Shown here piece after piece: positions 53,401 through 63,100 of a stretch of DNA of 64,000 bases. The notes under the pieces were generated by a model, which saw nothing but the letters and a program-made list of their open reading frames with translations, was not told where the DNA came from and searched no databases. The stretch's first letter is position 1. Each line of letters begins with the position of its first letter. A program made the translations under genes and the position numbers. Origin of the DNA: Lytechinus pictus (Eukaryota); the NCBI RefSeq assembly GCF_037042905.1, contig NC_087251.1, positions 28,770,001 through 28,834,000 of the forward strand, written 5' to 3'.

Positions 53401-54810
53401 ATTGCATAACCCAAATGGCATTGTGACATATTCATAGTGTCCAGTCTGTGTACTAAATGCAGTTTTGTGCCTATCTTCTTCTTTAATGTCTATTTGCCAG
53501 TAACCTGACTGTAAGTCCAATGTAGAGAAGATTTGTGCACCTCCTAAGCAATCTAGACAGTCTTCAATGCGAGGTAATGGATATGCATCCTTTCTTGTGA
53601 CGTCATTTAATTTTCGATAGTCAACACAGGGACGCGTCGTACCATCACGCTTGCGAACATACACAAGCGGGCTCGACCACGCACTCGTTGATTCTCGAAT
53701 GATGCCCATTTCAAGCTGTGTCTTGATTATTTTCTCTTCCTCGTCAATGAAAGCTCGAGGTGGCCGACGGGGACGTTGTTTGATTGGGACTGCGTCCCCA
53801 GTGTCAATGTTGTGCTGGACGATAGAGGTTCGCCCAACATCAGTCGAAGAAGATGCAAATGTAGATGAATGTTTATCCAATAACTTAGAAAGTTCATTCT
53901 GTGTATCCTGGTCTAGTCCTTCACATGATTTCTGATATAACGATTGCAAGTCATCTGACCAGCTGTTCGATTGAACGTCCTCATTCAAACCAGCTTTCAC
54001 TGTACGAATACTGGGTTTCGAACTGTTCATAGCATTGGTATCACACATATATACATTGTCGATCAATTCGATAGAAGCTATTCGCATACCAGCTCGAAGA
54101 TCAATTGGTTCATTTGATGTATTAGCAACTCTTACTGGTATGTCTATATCATTCCGAGTAACATCAATTAGAACAGATGCGACATTAAGATCATCTTTGT
54201 TACATGTATGAGCAGTTTTCTCAATTATAGCACAGATTCCAGAGTCAGAGTCAAAATTATTTACCTTCCCTGGTACTATGAACTCCGAATTGGGTGGTAC
54301 AACAATATCATATTTAACATATACTGCACCTACTTGATTGCAGTCTTGAATTTCGATAGGGATTAATAGATTGTCAATATGAAGTCCGCGTCGAGCTTCT
54401 AGAATACAATTATAATGATGCATAAAATCAAATCCAATCAAGCATTCATCACTTATGTCTGCTATGTATGAAGTCCAAGAGAAATCCTTACCTCCAACAT
54501 TCACAGTTGCTTCAATAGTTCCATGAACATTTAAAATTCCATCATCAGCTGACTGAAGTTGAACTTGACTGGATAAAGTAACTAATTCCGGGCGGGTTTC
54601 TATTGGCATTTCTCCATAGAGCTTGGTGGACATAACAGTCACCGCTGCTCCAGAGTCGACCAAAAGTTTACACGAGGCCCCATTCACACTGCCTGAAATA
54701 TACGCTGTGAGTCCGTTTGATATGTCGATGCGTATTATCCTGGGACCCGATTCAACATTTTGGGCCGTGACCTGGTCGATGGGGTCGGCCCTCCCTAGTT
54801 TCCCGAAATA
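50479..54810 (-). CDS. pol: Pol polyprotein: aspartic protease, reverse transcriptase, RNase H, integrase (expressed as a Gag-Pol fusion)
   Basis: Protease LVDSGA; RT CVDYRKLN, LDLQSGYWQ, MPFGLCNAP and YLDD (53320-53331); RNase H DADASSSGIGAVL...TDH...NADAMSR; integrase H-x6-H...CxxC, DIMGP / HSDQG / GMIERFN (DDE) and a GPY/F-like module (WIGPC...HHDRLKPF). The frame is open from 54810, upstream of the track's GTG at 54687. Confidence 0.97.
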   Translation of the reverse strand, partial: YFGKLGRADPIDQVTAQNVESGPRIIRIDISNGLTAYISGSVNGASCKLLVDSGAAVTVMSTKLYGEMPIETRPELVTLSSQVQLQSADDGILNVHGTIEATVNVGGKDFSWTSYIADISDECLIGFDFMHHYNCILEARRGLHIDNLLIPIEIQDCNQVGAVYVKYDIVVPPNSEFIVPGKVNNFDSDSGICAIIEKTAHTCNKDDLNVASVLIDVTRNDIDIPVRVANTSNEPIDLRAGMRIASIELIDNVYMCDTNAMNSSKPSIRTVKAGLNEDVQSNSWSDDLQSLYQKSCEGLDQDTQNELSKLLDKHSSTFASSSTDVGRTSIVQHNIDTGDAVPIKQRPRRPPRAFIDEEEKIIKTQLEMGIIRESTSAWSSPLVYVRKRDGTTRPCVDYRKLNDVTRKDAYPLPRIEDCLDCLGGAQIFSTLDLQSGYWQIDIKEEDRHKTAFSTQTGHYEYVTMPFGLCNAPSTFERAMELIMKGLQWRTLVLYLDDIIIMSSTIEEHITRLDEVLGRLGEAGLKLKPSKCHLFQTQVSYLGHIISASGIRPDPEKVAKVRDWPTPTSIGDVRSFLGLCSYYRRFIRGFSSIASPMNKLLEKSSKFVWDDICQSSFEQLKDALLSDNVMAYPDDHGMFILDADASSSGIGAVLSQLQWDDVTQKEIERPVAFASRTLTRTQRRYCTTRRELLAIVSFVRHFRHYLLGKKFLIRTDHSSLRWIMSFREPTDQLARWIEILSQFDFDIEHRVGRNHGNADAMSRIPCDPESCDCYDRDSIIEQLPCGGCTTCAKRHKAWSKFFDEDDDVVPISAMKVQRTCVKPINDISTQTPSSKPEEIPSRSSRLYDIVVMMLVVVELVARIFCRLPKMILEFIVYVAVLEFRGLRYMRDVFSSMWRGNWPSPIRVSVVRNMKSRRKSRNKHSSLNVRTNDSLPCASETGALAGENSGQQDVIRNDFDRETLMTMQRDDPDVGIVYNWISESQERPNRALVHGKSPIVRNLWLSWAQLELTDGVLYKRHMTNNKLTTTKQVVVPFALRDRILESNHKSVLSGHLGVKKTFSRIQQKFYWMGMRDSVKLYIGNCVKCGARKRPTSKPKAPLGEYNSGFPMDRIALDIMGPFPVSNQGNRYVLVVGDTFTKWIEAYGIPDQTARTVANIVVNEFIARWGIPLEIHSDQGKTFESHLFQHVCKLLEITKTRTTPYHPSSNGMIERFNQTLVNMISAFVDKKQEEWDMNLSLLTAAYRSTVHETTGFSPNFLMLGREVRTPIEISLGVDQPDINNYDYDKFASNIVSTMKDAYNIAREHLSSQTQRQKKDYDSRLSVNTYKPGDLVYYLDTTKQKGLSPKLKSAFWIGPCIVTRKLSDLVFEIKSQQKGKLKILHHDRLKPFRSTDIPKWVKEHADKVRNNITLSNTASTGTQTRVKDTFIPRRSDRRRAVIDKFGH
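54745..54804 (-). promoter_or_regulatory. -1 programmed ribosomal frameshift signal (slippery G GGA AAC plus downstream stem/pseudoknot)
   Basis: Gag ends tcG GGA AAC TAG (heptamer 54798-54804) and pol is in the -1 frame. Six nt downstream, GGGCCG (54791-54786) can pair with CGGCCC (54767-54762). Confidence 0.85.
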
Positions 54811-55904
54811 TCAATTGGAGCTTCTCCTCCCTGCTGTCGAGGAAGTTGTGGCGGCTGAAAATGTGCGGGTTGCTGCCATGGCTGAGGTGGTGGAGGCTGA
54901 AAAGTTTGTTGCCACTGTGGGGGTGGTGGCTGCAAATATTGGGGAACAGCTGGTCCATGTCGCGGCGGAAAACGGCAGTTGCGGGCAAGATGACCGAGCT
55001 TTTGGCAGTTATAGCAACGCAGTGGTGGTCGATCACGTGGTTGCTGTTGTGCCCTCTGCTGCCTGATTTGGTTGTCTGGTTCCAGTCGAGGCTGCTCGAA
55101 CAATTTTGTGAGTTTGTCGATCCTCTCATCAATTGACAGGATTCGACCCCTCAACTCGAGAAATTTGTCATTTCCATCATCCCTTGTAGAAATGGCTCTA
55201 ACTGGACGATTTCCTCTTCCGGATTCCTCCCTTAGATTGTGAAATCGCTCAGCTATTTCTCTAGCTTCCTGGAGAGTCGCTGGTTCTTGCATGCCAATGG
55301 CCATGGCCATCGAATTATCACCGAGCCCCCGCAAGAAGTGGCGAGTTCCTATCATTTCTTTTGTTGACGAGTCCGCTGTTGCATATCCAAATGTTGTCAG
55401 CCGCCGAATATCCGCAGCATAGTCGGCGATTGATTCCTTTTGTCCAAGCCGACGTAACTCTAGCTGGGATACAAAAGTGGAAGGCGTTTTTCTGGCAGCA
55501 AATCTATTTTCCAGAGCATTTTCCAGCTGTGCAAAGTCTGATAATATGGCTGGAGAAAGTTGCTGGAAGACAAAGTCAGCCGCATCTCCACGCAGGCATG
55601 CTAGCAGACGTAAACGCTGTTCAGCGGCATCCCAACAACAAGTTGTCGCCAAGTTCTTAAATGAGGAGATGAAGCTCTCCCATGGACGGTTGATCCCATC
55701 ATATGGCTCCTGTGGTGGTAATTGCACTTTAACCCCGGTGTGAAAGTCTCTAGTGGGAGAATAGGGCTGTTTGATGTGATCATCAATTAGTTCGTCTCCA
55801 CTAACACTGTCATTCTCCTCCATTATTTTTCTAGTACTCGCTAATTCCGCCTTTAATTCACGGATCTCCCGCTCCAGATCTGACTTGCGCTTCCTCGGTG
55901 ACAT
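54795..55904 (-). CDS. gag: Gag (capsid-like region, CCHC zinc knuckle, Pro/Gln-rich tail), ~369 aa from the first ATG
   Basis: First ATG at 55904 (MSPRKRK...); the track's GTG start at 55961 lies inside the PBS. It has the capsid-like YDG...WESF...W...LRGDA pattern, the knuckle CYNCQKLGHLARNC (Cx2Cx4Hx4C), and lies between the PBS and pol. Confidence 0.93.
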   Translation of the reverse strand: MSPRKRKSDLEREIRELKAELASTRKIMEENDSVSGDELIDDHIKQPYSPTRDFHTGVKVQLPPQEPYDGINRPWESFISSFKNLATTCCWDAAEQRLRLLACLRGDAADFVFQQLSPAILSDFAQLENALENRFAARKTPSTFVSQLELRRLGQKESIADYAADIRRLTTFGYATADSSTKEMIGTRHFLRGLGDNSMAMAIGMQEPATLQEAREIAERFHNLREESGRGNRPVRAISTRDDGNDKFLELRGRILSIDERIDKLTKLFEQPRLEPDNQIRQQRAQQQPRDRPPLRCYNCQKLGHLARNCRFPPRHGPAVPQYLQPPPPQWQQTFQPPPPQPWQQPAHFQPPQLPRQQGGEAPIDISGN

Positions 55905-55941
55905 AATAGCTATTAAATTAAAACAGGCACGTGTTGAAGTA

Positions 55942-55963
55942 TCGAATCCCACTCCTGACACCA
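55942..55963 (-). promoter_or_regulatory. Primer-binding site complementary to the 3' end of tRNA-Leu (CAG-type)
   Basis: The element strand reads TGGTGTCAGGAGTGGGATTCGA, 1 nt downstream of the 5' LTR. The plus strand TCGAATCCCACTCCTGACACCA matches the T-arm/acceptor/CCA end of animal tRNA-Leu(CAG) as I recall it. Confidence 0.88.
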
Positions 55964-55964
55964 G

Positions 55965-57160
55965 TGTAACGACGACCCGGTTTGTCCTACGAGTCTCGCT
56001 ATAAGAGTCTAAGTTAAATGTCGAGGATGGCCAGAGCTTAAATAATACAGTCGAAGCGAATAACAGTCATTACACAGCAAATTAAAGTTCAGTAGTTTAT
56101 TACTGTTCAAAACTTAATGAAGGTGCAACAGAGTATGTGATGATGACAATTAAACAAACTCCAGCGATACATGGAATATGATAACTGAGATAACGTCGAG
56201 CAATGCTGAAACAATTATAACAACTTAACTTGTGATAATTCTGAACTGAACTTAGGCTCAGACGACTAAACTGGAATACATGTAAGGCTATGCTCGGAAA
56301 AGACTCTCGAAATAAAACTAAGCCCTAAACTGAGATGCTGCTCGCTTATATACACTTTCTGGACATAGCATGAAGGTCATCCCCAGCACACAGCAAAAAC
56401 CCAGATTCAGGGAGGGGAGAGAGAGAGAGAGAGAGGGATAAGGTCAAGTAATAGAATAAGCACATAACGACCGATACACTGACCACAAGGTTAAACTAGT
56501 AGTTTGGACATTAGGAGTTGAGGGAGAGAAGTCTGAAGGGCAGGGCAAAGTCGAAGTGAGGAGGGAGAACGCGGAGGGAGTTACAGAACATAAATGTGTA
56601 GCCAAGGTAATAAACAAGAACACGTTTCTGAAAGTAGTCGCAAGGTTAAAGAGAACTACACAGGTTTGAAAGTCACTGGAAAGGGAAAAGAGAGGAGGGA
56701 TGAAAGTTACTGGAAGGAGAAGTGAGGAGGGTTGAAAGTCACTGGAAAGAGAAAATGAGGAGGGTTGAAAGTCACTGGAAAGAGAAAGTGAGGAGAGTTG
56801 AAAGTCACTAGAAAGAGAAAGTGAGGAGAGTAAAACTTCTGAAAGTAGATGCAAGGTCGCAAAGAAGGGAGATGCATTGTTAGCAATTTCTGGAAGACGA
56901 AGGAAAGCCAAAGAGAATACAGAGTGGACAGACCAGAAGAGTTTGACCATGAGCAATTTACAGTATAAGAGAGGGCTTGGCTGTGTGCAGGTTACTGGGC
57001 AAGTTGAAAGTGACATTCACAATTTATCTTAGCAAGACATTCATTGCATAAATGAGTCGAATACAATTTGATATAATAAACACTAATTAAAGCATAAGAA
57101 TGGAATTATATACATAAACATAATAAGAGAATATCGGAACATCAACCAAAATGCGTGACA
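55965..57160 (-). repeat. 5' LTR (1196 bp)
   Basis: Same sequence and length as 47560-48755; the internal 190-aa ORF translation is identical in both. It is adjacent to the PBS. Imperfect terminal inverted repeat TGTCACG...CGTTACA on the element strand. Confidence 0.97.
56346..56352 (-). promoter_or_regulatory. Putative TATA box in the 5' LTR (copy at 47941-47947)
   Basis: The element strand reads gtgTATATAAgcgagcagc, located 250 nt upstream of the LTR AATAAA, consistent with a U3-R-U5 layout. Confidence 0.6.
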
Positions 57161-57164
57161 ATAC
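57161..57164 (+). other. Target-site duplication ATAC (right copy)
   Basis: Directly follows the LTR end GTGACA and duplicates 47556-47559. Confidence 0.95.
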
Positions 57165-60100
57165 TAACCGATTATTACAGTGAAAATCAAGAGAATCAAG
57201 AGGATCCAGGGAGTAAGAATTTTCGACCCCCTCGCCCACTCGCGACATGGAAAATTGGGCAAAATTTGCCAAAATTGAGCAAAATAATATTTGTTCAATA
57301 TTTCCCCCTAAACCCCCCCAAATCAGCCGTCCTTGCTTCCTGGGATGTTTTAGCATCCTAACCGATTATTACAGCGAGAATCAAGAGGATCCAGGGAGTT
57401 TGAATTTTCGACCCCCTCGCCCCACCCGCGACATGAAAAATTGGGCAAAATTGGCCAAAATTGAGCAAAATAATATTTGTTCAATATTTCCCCCGAAACC
57501 CCCCCAATCAGCCGTCTTTGCTCCCTGGGTTGTTTTAGCATCCTAACCGATTATTACAGCGAGAATCAAGAGGATCCAGGGAGTTTGAATTTTCGACCCC
57601 ATTGCCCCACCCGCGACATGGAAAATTGGGCAAAATTGGCCAAAATTGAGCAAAATAATATTTGTTCAACATTTCCCCCGAAACCCCCCCAAATCAGCCG
57701 TCTTCGCTCCCTGGGATGTTTTAGCATCCTAACCGATTATTACAGCGAGAATCAAGAGGATCCAGAGAGTTTGAATTTTCGACCCCCTCGCCCCACCCGC
57801 GACATGGAAAATTGGGCAAAATTGGCCAAAATTGAGCAAAATAATATTTGTTCAATATTTCCCCCGAAACCCCCCCAAATCAGCCGTCCTCGCTTCCTGG
57901 GATGTTTTAGCATCCTAACCGATTATTACAGTGAAAATCAAGAGAATCAAGAGGATCCAGGGAGTAAGAATTTTCGACCCCCTCGCCCCACCCGCGACAT
58001 GGAAAATTGGGCAAAATTTGCCAAAATTGAGCAAAATAATATTTGTTCAATATTTCCCCCTAAACCCCCCCAAATCAGCCGTCCTCGCTTCCTGGGATGT
58101 TTTAGCATCCTAACCGATTATTACAGCGAGAATCAAGAGGATCCAGGGAGTTTGAATTTTCGACCCCCTCGCCCCACCCGCGACATGAAAAATTGGGCAA
58201 AATTGGCCAAAATTGAGCAAAATAATATTTGTTCAACATTTCCCCCAAAACCCCCCCAAATCAGCCGTCTTCGCTCCCTGGGATGTTTTAGCATCCTAAC
58301 CGATTATTACAGCGAGAATCAAGAGGATCCAGAGAGTTTGAATTTTCGACCCCCTCGCCCCACCCGCGACATGGAAAATTGGGCAAAATTGTGCAAAATT
58401 GAGCAAAATAATATTTGTTCAATATTTCCCCCGAAACCCCCCCAAATCAGCCGTCCTCGCTTCCTGGGATGTTTAAGCATCCTAACCGATTATTACAGCG
58501 AGAATCAAGAGGATCCAGGGAGTTTGAATTTTCGACCCGCTCGCCCCACCCGCGACATGAAAAATTTGGCAAAATTGGCCAAAATTGAGCAAAATAATAT
58601 TTGTTCAATATTTCCCCAGAAACCCCCCCAAATCAGCCGTCTTCGCTCCCTGGGATGTTTTAGCATCCTAACCGATTATTACAGCGAGAATCAAGAGGAT
58701 CCAGAGAGTTTGAATTTTCGACCCCCTCGCCCCACCCGCGACATGGAAAATTGGGCAAAATTTGCCAAAATTGAGCAAAATAATATTTGTTCAACATTTC
58801 CCCGAAACCCCCCCCCAAATCAGCCGTCTTTGCTCCCTGGGATGTTTTAGCATTATTACAGCGAGAATCAAGAGGATCCAGGGAGTTTGATTTTTCGACC
58901 CCCTCGCCCCACCCGCGACATGGAAAATTGGGCAAAATTGGCCAAAATTGAGGAAAATAATATTTGTTCAATATTTCCCCCGAAACCCCCCCAAATCAGC
59001 CGTCTTCGCTCCCTGGGATGTTTTAGCATCCTAACCGATTATTACAGCGAGAATCAAGAGGATCCAGGGAGTTTGAATTTTCGACCCCCTCGCCCCACCC
59101 GCGACATGAAAAATTGGGCAAAATTGGCCAAAATTGAGCAAAATAATATTTGTTCAATATTTCCCCCGAAACCCCCCCAAATCAGCCGTCTTTGCTCCCT
59201 GGGTTGTTTTAGCATCCTAACCGATTATTACAGCGAGAATCAAGAGGATCCAGGGAGTTTGAATTTTCGACCCCATTGCCCCACCCGGCGACATGGAAAA
59301 TTGGGCAAAATTGGCCAAAATTGAGCAAAATAATATTTATTCAACATTTCCCCCAAAACCCCCCCAAATCAGCCGTCTTCGCTCCCTGGGATGTTTTAGC
59401 ATCCTAACCGATTATTACAGCGAGAATCAAGAGGATCCAGAGAGTTTGAATTTTCGACCCCCTCGCCCCACCCGCGACATGGAAAATTGGGCAAAATTGG
59501 CCAAAATTGAGCAAAATAATATTTGTTCAATATTTCCCCCGAAACCCCCCCAAATCAGCCGTCCTCGCTTCCTGGGATGTTTTAGCATCCTAACCGATTA
59601 TTACAGTGAAAATCAAGAGAATCAAGAGGATCCAGGGAGTAAGAATTTTCGACCCCCTCGCCCCACCCGCGACATGGAAAATTGGGCAAAATTTGCCAAA
59701 ATTGAGCAAAATAATATTTGTTCAATATTTCCCCCTAAACCCCCCCAAATCAGCCGTCCTCGCTTCCTGGGATGTTTTAGCATCCTAACCGATTATTACA
59801 GCGAGAATCAAGAGGATCCAGGGAGTTTGAATTTTCGACCCCCTCGCCCCACCCGCGACATGAAAAATTGGGCAAAATTGGCCAAAATTGAGCAAAATAA
59901 TATTTGTTCAACATTTCCCCCAAAACCCCCCCAAATCAGCCGTCTTCGCTCCCTGGGATGTTTTAGCATCCTAACCGATTATTACAGCGAGAATCAAGAG
60001 GATCCAGAGAGTTTGAATTTTCGACCCCCTCGCCCCACCCGCGACATGGAAAATTGGGCAAAATTGTGCAAAATTGAGCAAAATAATATTTATTCAATAT

Positions 60101-63100
60101 TTCCCCCGAAACCCCCCCAAATCAGCCGTCCTCGCTTCCTGGGATGTTTAAGCATCCTAACCGATTATTACAGCGAGAATCAAGAGGATCCAGGGAGTTT
60201 GAATTTTCGACCCGCTCGCCCCACCCGCGACATGAAAAATTTGGCAAAATTGGCCAAAATTGAGCAAAATAATATTTGTTCAATATTTCCCCAGAAACCC
60301 CCCCAAATCAGCCGTCTTCGCTCCCTGGGATGTTTTAGCATCCTAACCGATTATTACAGCGAGAATCAAGAGGATCCAGAGAGTTTGAATTTTCGACCCC
60401 CTCGCCCCACCCGCGACATGGAAAATTGGGCAAAATTTGCCAAAATTGAGCAAAATAATATTTGTTCAACATTTCCCCGAAACCCCCCCCCAAATCAGCC
60501 GTCTTTGCTCCCTGGGATGTTTTAGCATTATTACAGCGAGAATCAAGAGGATCCAGGGAGTTTGATTTTTCGACCCCCTCGCCCCACCCGCGACATGGAA
60601 AATTGGGCAAAATTGGCCAAACTTGAGGAAAATAATATTTGTTCAATATTTCCCCCGAAACCCCCCCAAATCAGCCGTCTTCGCTCCCTGGGATGTTTTA
60701 GCATCCTAACCGATTATTACAGCGAGAATCAAGAGGATCCAGGGAGTTTGAATTTTCGACCCCCTCGCCCCACCCGCGACATGAAAAATTGGGCAAAATT
60801 GGCCAAAATTGAGCAAAATAATATTTGTTCAATATTTCCCCCGAAACCCCCCCAAATCAGCCGTCTTTGCTCCCTGGGTTGTTTTAGCATCCTAACCGAT
60901 TATTACAGCGAGAATCAAGAGGATCCAGGGAGTTTGAATTTTCGACCCCATTGCCCCACCCGGCGACATGGAAAATTGGGCAAAATTGGCCAAAATTGAG
61001 CAAAATAATATTTGTTCAACATTTCCCCCAAAACCCCCCCAAATCAGCCGTCTTCGCTCCCTGGGATGTTTTAGCATCCTAACCGATTATTACAGCGAGA
61101 ATCAAGAGGATCCAGAGAGTTTGAATTTTCGACCCCCTCGCCCCACCCGCGACATGGAAAATTGGGCAAAATTTGCCAAAATTGAGCAAAATAATATTTG
61201 TTCAATATTTCCCCCGAAACCCCCCCAAATCAGCCGTCCTCGCTTCCTGGGATGTTTAAGCATCCTAACCGATTATTACAGCGAGAATCAAGAGGATCCA
61301 GGGAGTTTGAATTTTCGACCCGCTCGCCCCACCCGCGACATGAAAAATTTGGCAAAATTGGCCAAAATTGAGCAAAATAATATTTGTTCAATATTTCCCC
61401 AGAAACCCCCCCAAATCAGCCGTCTTCGCTCCCTGGGATGTTTTAGCATCCTAACCGATTATTACAGCGAGAATCAAGAGGATCCAGAGAGTTTGAATTT
61501 TTGACCCCCTCGCCCCACCCGCGACATGGAAAATTGGGCAAAATTGTGCAAAATTGAGCAAAATAATATTTGTTCAATATTTCCCCCGAAACCCCCCCAA
61601 ATCAGCCGTCCTCGCTTCCTGGGATGTTTTAGCATCCTAACCGATTATTACAGCGAGAATCAAGAGGATCCAGGGAGTTTGAATTTTCGACCCGCTCGCC
61701 CCACCCGCGACATGAAAAATTTGGCAAAATTGGCCAAAATTGAGCAAAATAATATTTGTTCAATATTTCCCCAGAAACCCCCCCAAATCAGCCGTCTTCG
61801 CTCCCTGGGATGTTTAAGCATCCTAACCGATTATTACAGCGAGATTCAAGAGGATCCAGGGAGTTTGAATTTTCGACCCCCTCGCCCCACCCGCGACATG
61901 GAAAATTGGGCAAAATTGGCCAAAATTGAGGAAAATAATATTTGTTAAATATTTCCCCCGAAACCCCCAAAAATCAGCCGTCTTCGCTCCCTGGGATGTT
62001 TAAGCATCTTAACCGATTATTACAGCGAGATTCAAGAGGATCCAAGGAGTTTGAATTTTCGACCCCCTCGCCCCACCCGCGACATGGAAAATTTGGCAAA
62101 ATTGAGCAAAATAATATTTGTTCAATATTTCCCCAGAAACCCCCCCAAATCAGCCGTCTTCGCTCCCTGGGATGTTTTAGCATCCTAACCGATTATTACA
62201 GCGAGAATCAAGAGGATCCAGAGAGTTTGAATTTTCGACCCCCTCGCCCCACCCGCGACATGGAAAATTGGGCAAAATTGTGCAAAATTGAGCAAAATAA
62301 TATTTGTTCAATATTTCCCCCGAAACCCCCCCAAATCAGCCGTCCTCGCTTCCTGGGATGTTTTAGCATCCTAACCGATTATTACAGCGAGAATCAAGAG
62401 GATCCAGGGAGTTTGAATTTTCGACCCGCTCGCCCCACCCGCGACATGAAAAATTTGGCAAAATTGGCCAAAATTGAGCAAAATAATATTTGTTCAATAT
62501 TTCCCCAGAAACCCCCCCAAATCAGCCGTCTTCGCTCCCTGGGATGTTTAAACATCCTAACCGATTATTACAGCGAGATTCAAGAGGATCCAGGGAGTTT
62601 GAATTTTCGACCCCCTCGCCCCACCCGCGACATGGAAAATTGGGCAAAATTGGCCAAAATTGAGGAAAATAATATTTGTTAAATATTTCCCCCGAAACCC
62701 CCAAAAATCAGCCGTCTTCGCTCCCTGGGATGTTTAAGCATCTTAACCGATTATTACAGCGAGATTCAAGAGGATCCAAGGAGTTTGAATTTTCGACCCC
62801 CTCGCCCCACCCGCAACATGGAAAATTGGGCAAAATTGGCCAAAATTGAGGAAAATAATATTTGTTCAATATTTCCCCCGAAACCCCCCCAAATCAGCCG
62901 TCTTCGCTCCCTGGGATGTTTTAGCATCCTAACCGATTATTAGAGCAAGATTCAAGAGGATCCAGGGAGTTTGAATTTTCGACCCCCTCGCCCCACCCGC
63001 GACATGGAAAATTGGGCAAAATTGGCCAAAATTGAGCAAAATAATATTTGTTCAATATTTCCCCCGAAACCCCCCCAAATCAGCCGTCTTCGCTCCCTGG

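Larger units (their letters stand above)
47560..57160 (-). mobile_element. Full-length Ty3/Gypsy LTR retrotransposon (9601 bp), apparently intact
   Basis: Direct-repeat LTRs with TG...CA ends, a 4-bp TSD (ATAC), PBS, PPT, and gag and pol with domain order PR-RT-RNaseH-integrase. There are no stops or frameshifts within pol. Confidence 0.98.

Noticed and set aside
50896..55786. Antisense and alternative-frame ORFs overlapping gag/pol
   Set aside because: Short shadow ORFs of real coding sequence without motifs.
55942..55963. tRNA gene
   Set aside because: Only the 3' 22 nt including an encoded CCA are present, next to the LTR. This is a PBS, not a tRNA gene.
57231..57245. Private 1-bp deletion plus substitution (ctcgcccactcgcg) about 75 bp from the LTR, as an insertion-associated scar
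   Set aside because: It is not at the junction and cannot be distinguished from an ordinary satellite mutation or consensus error.
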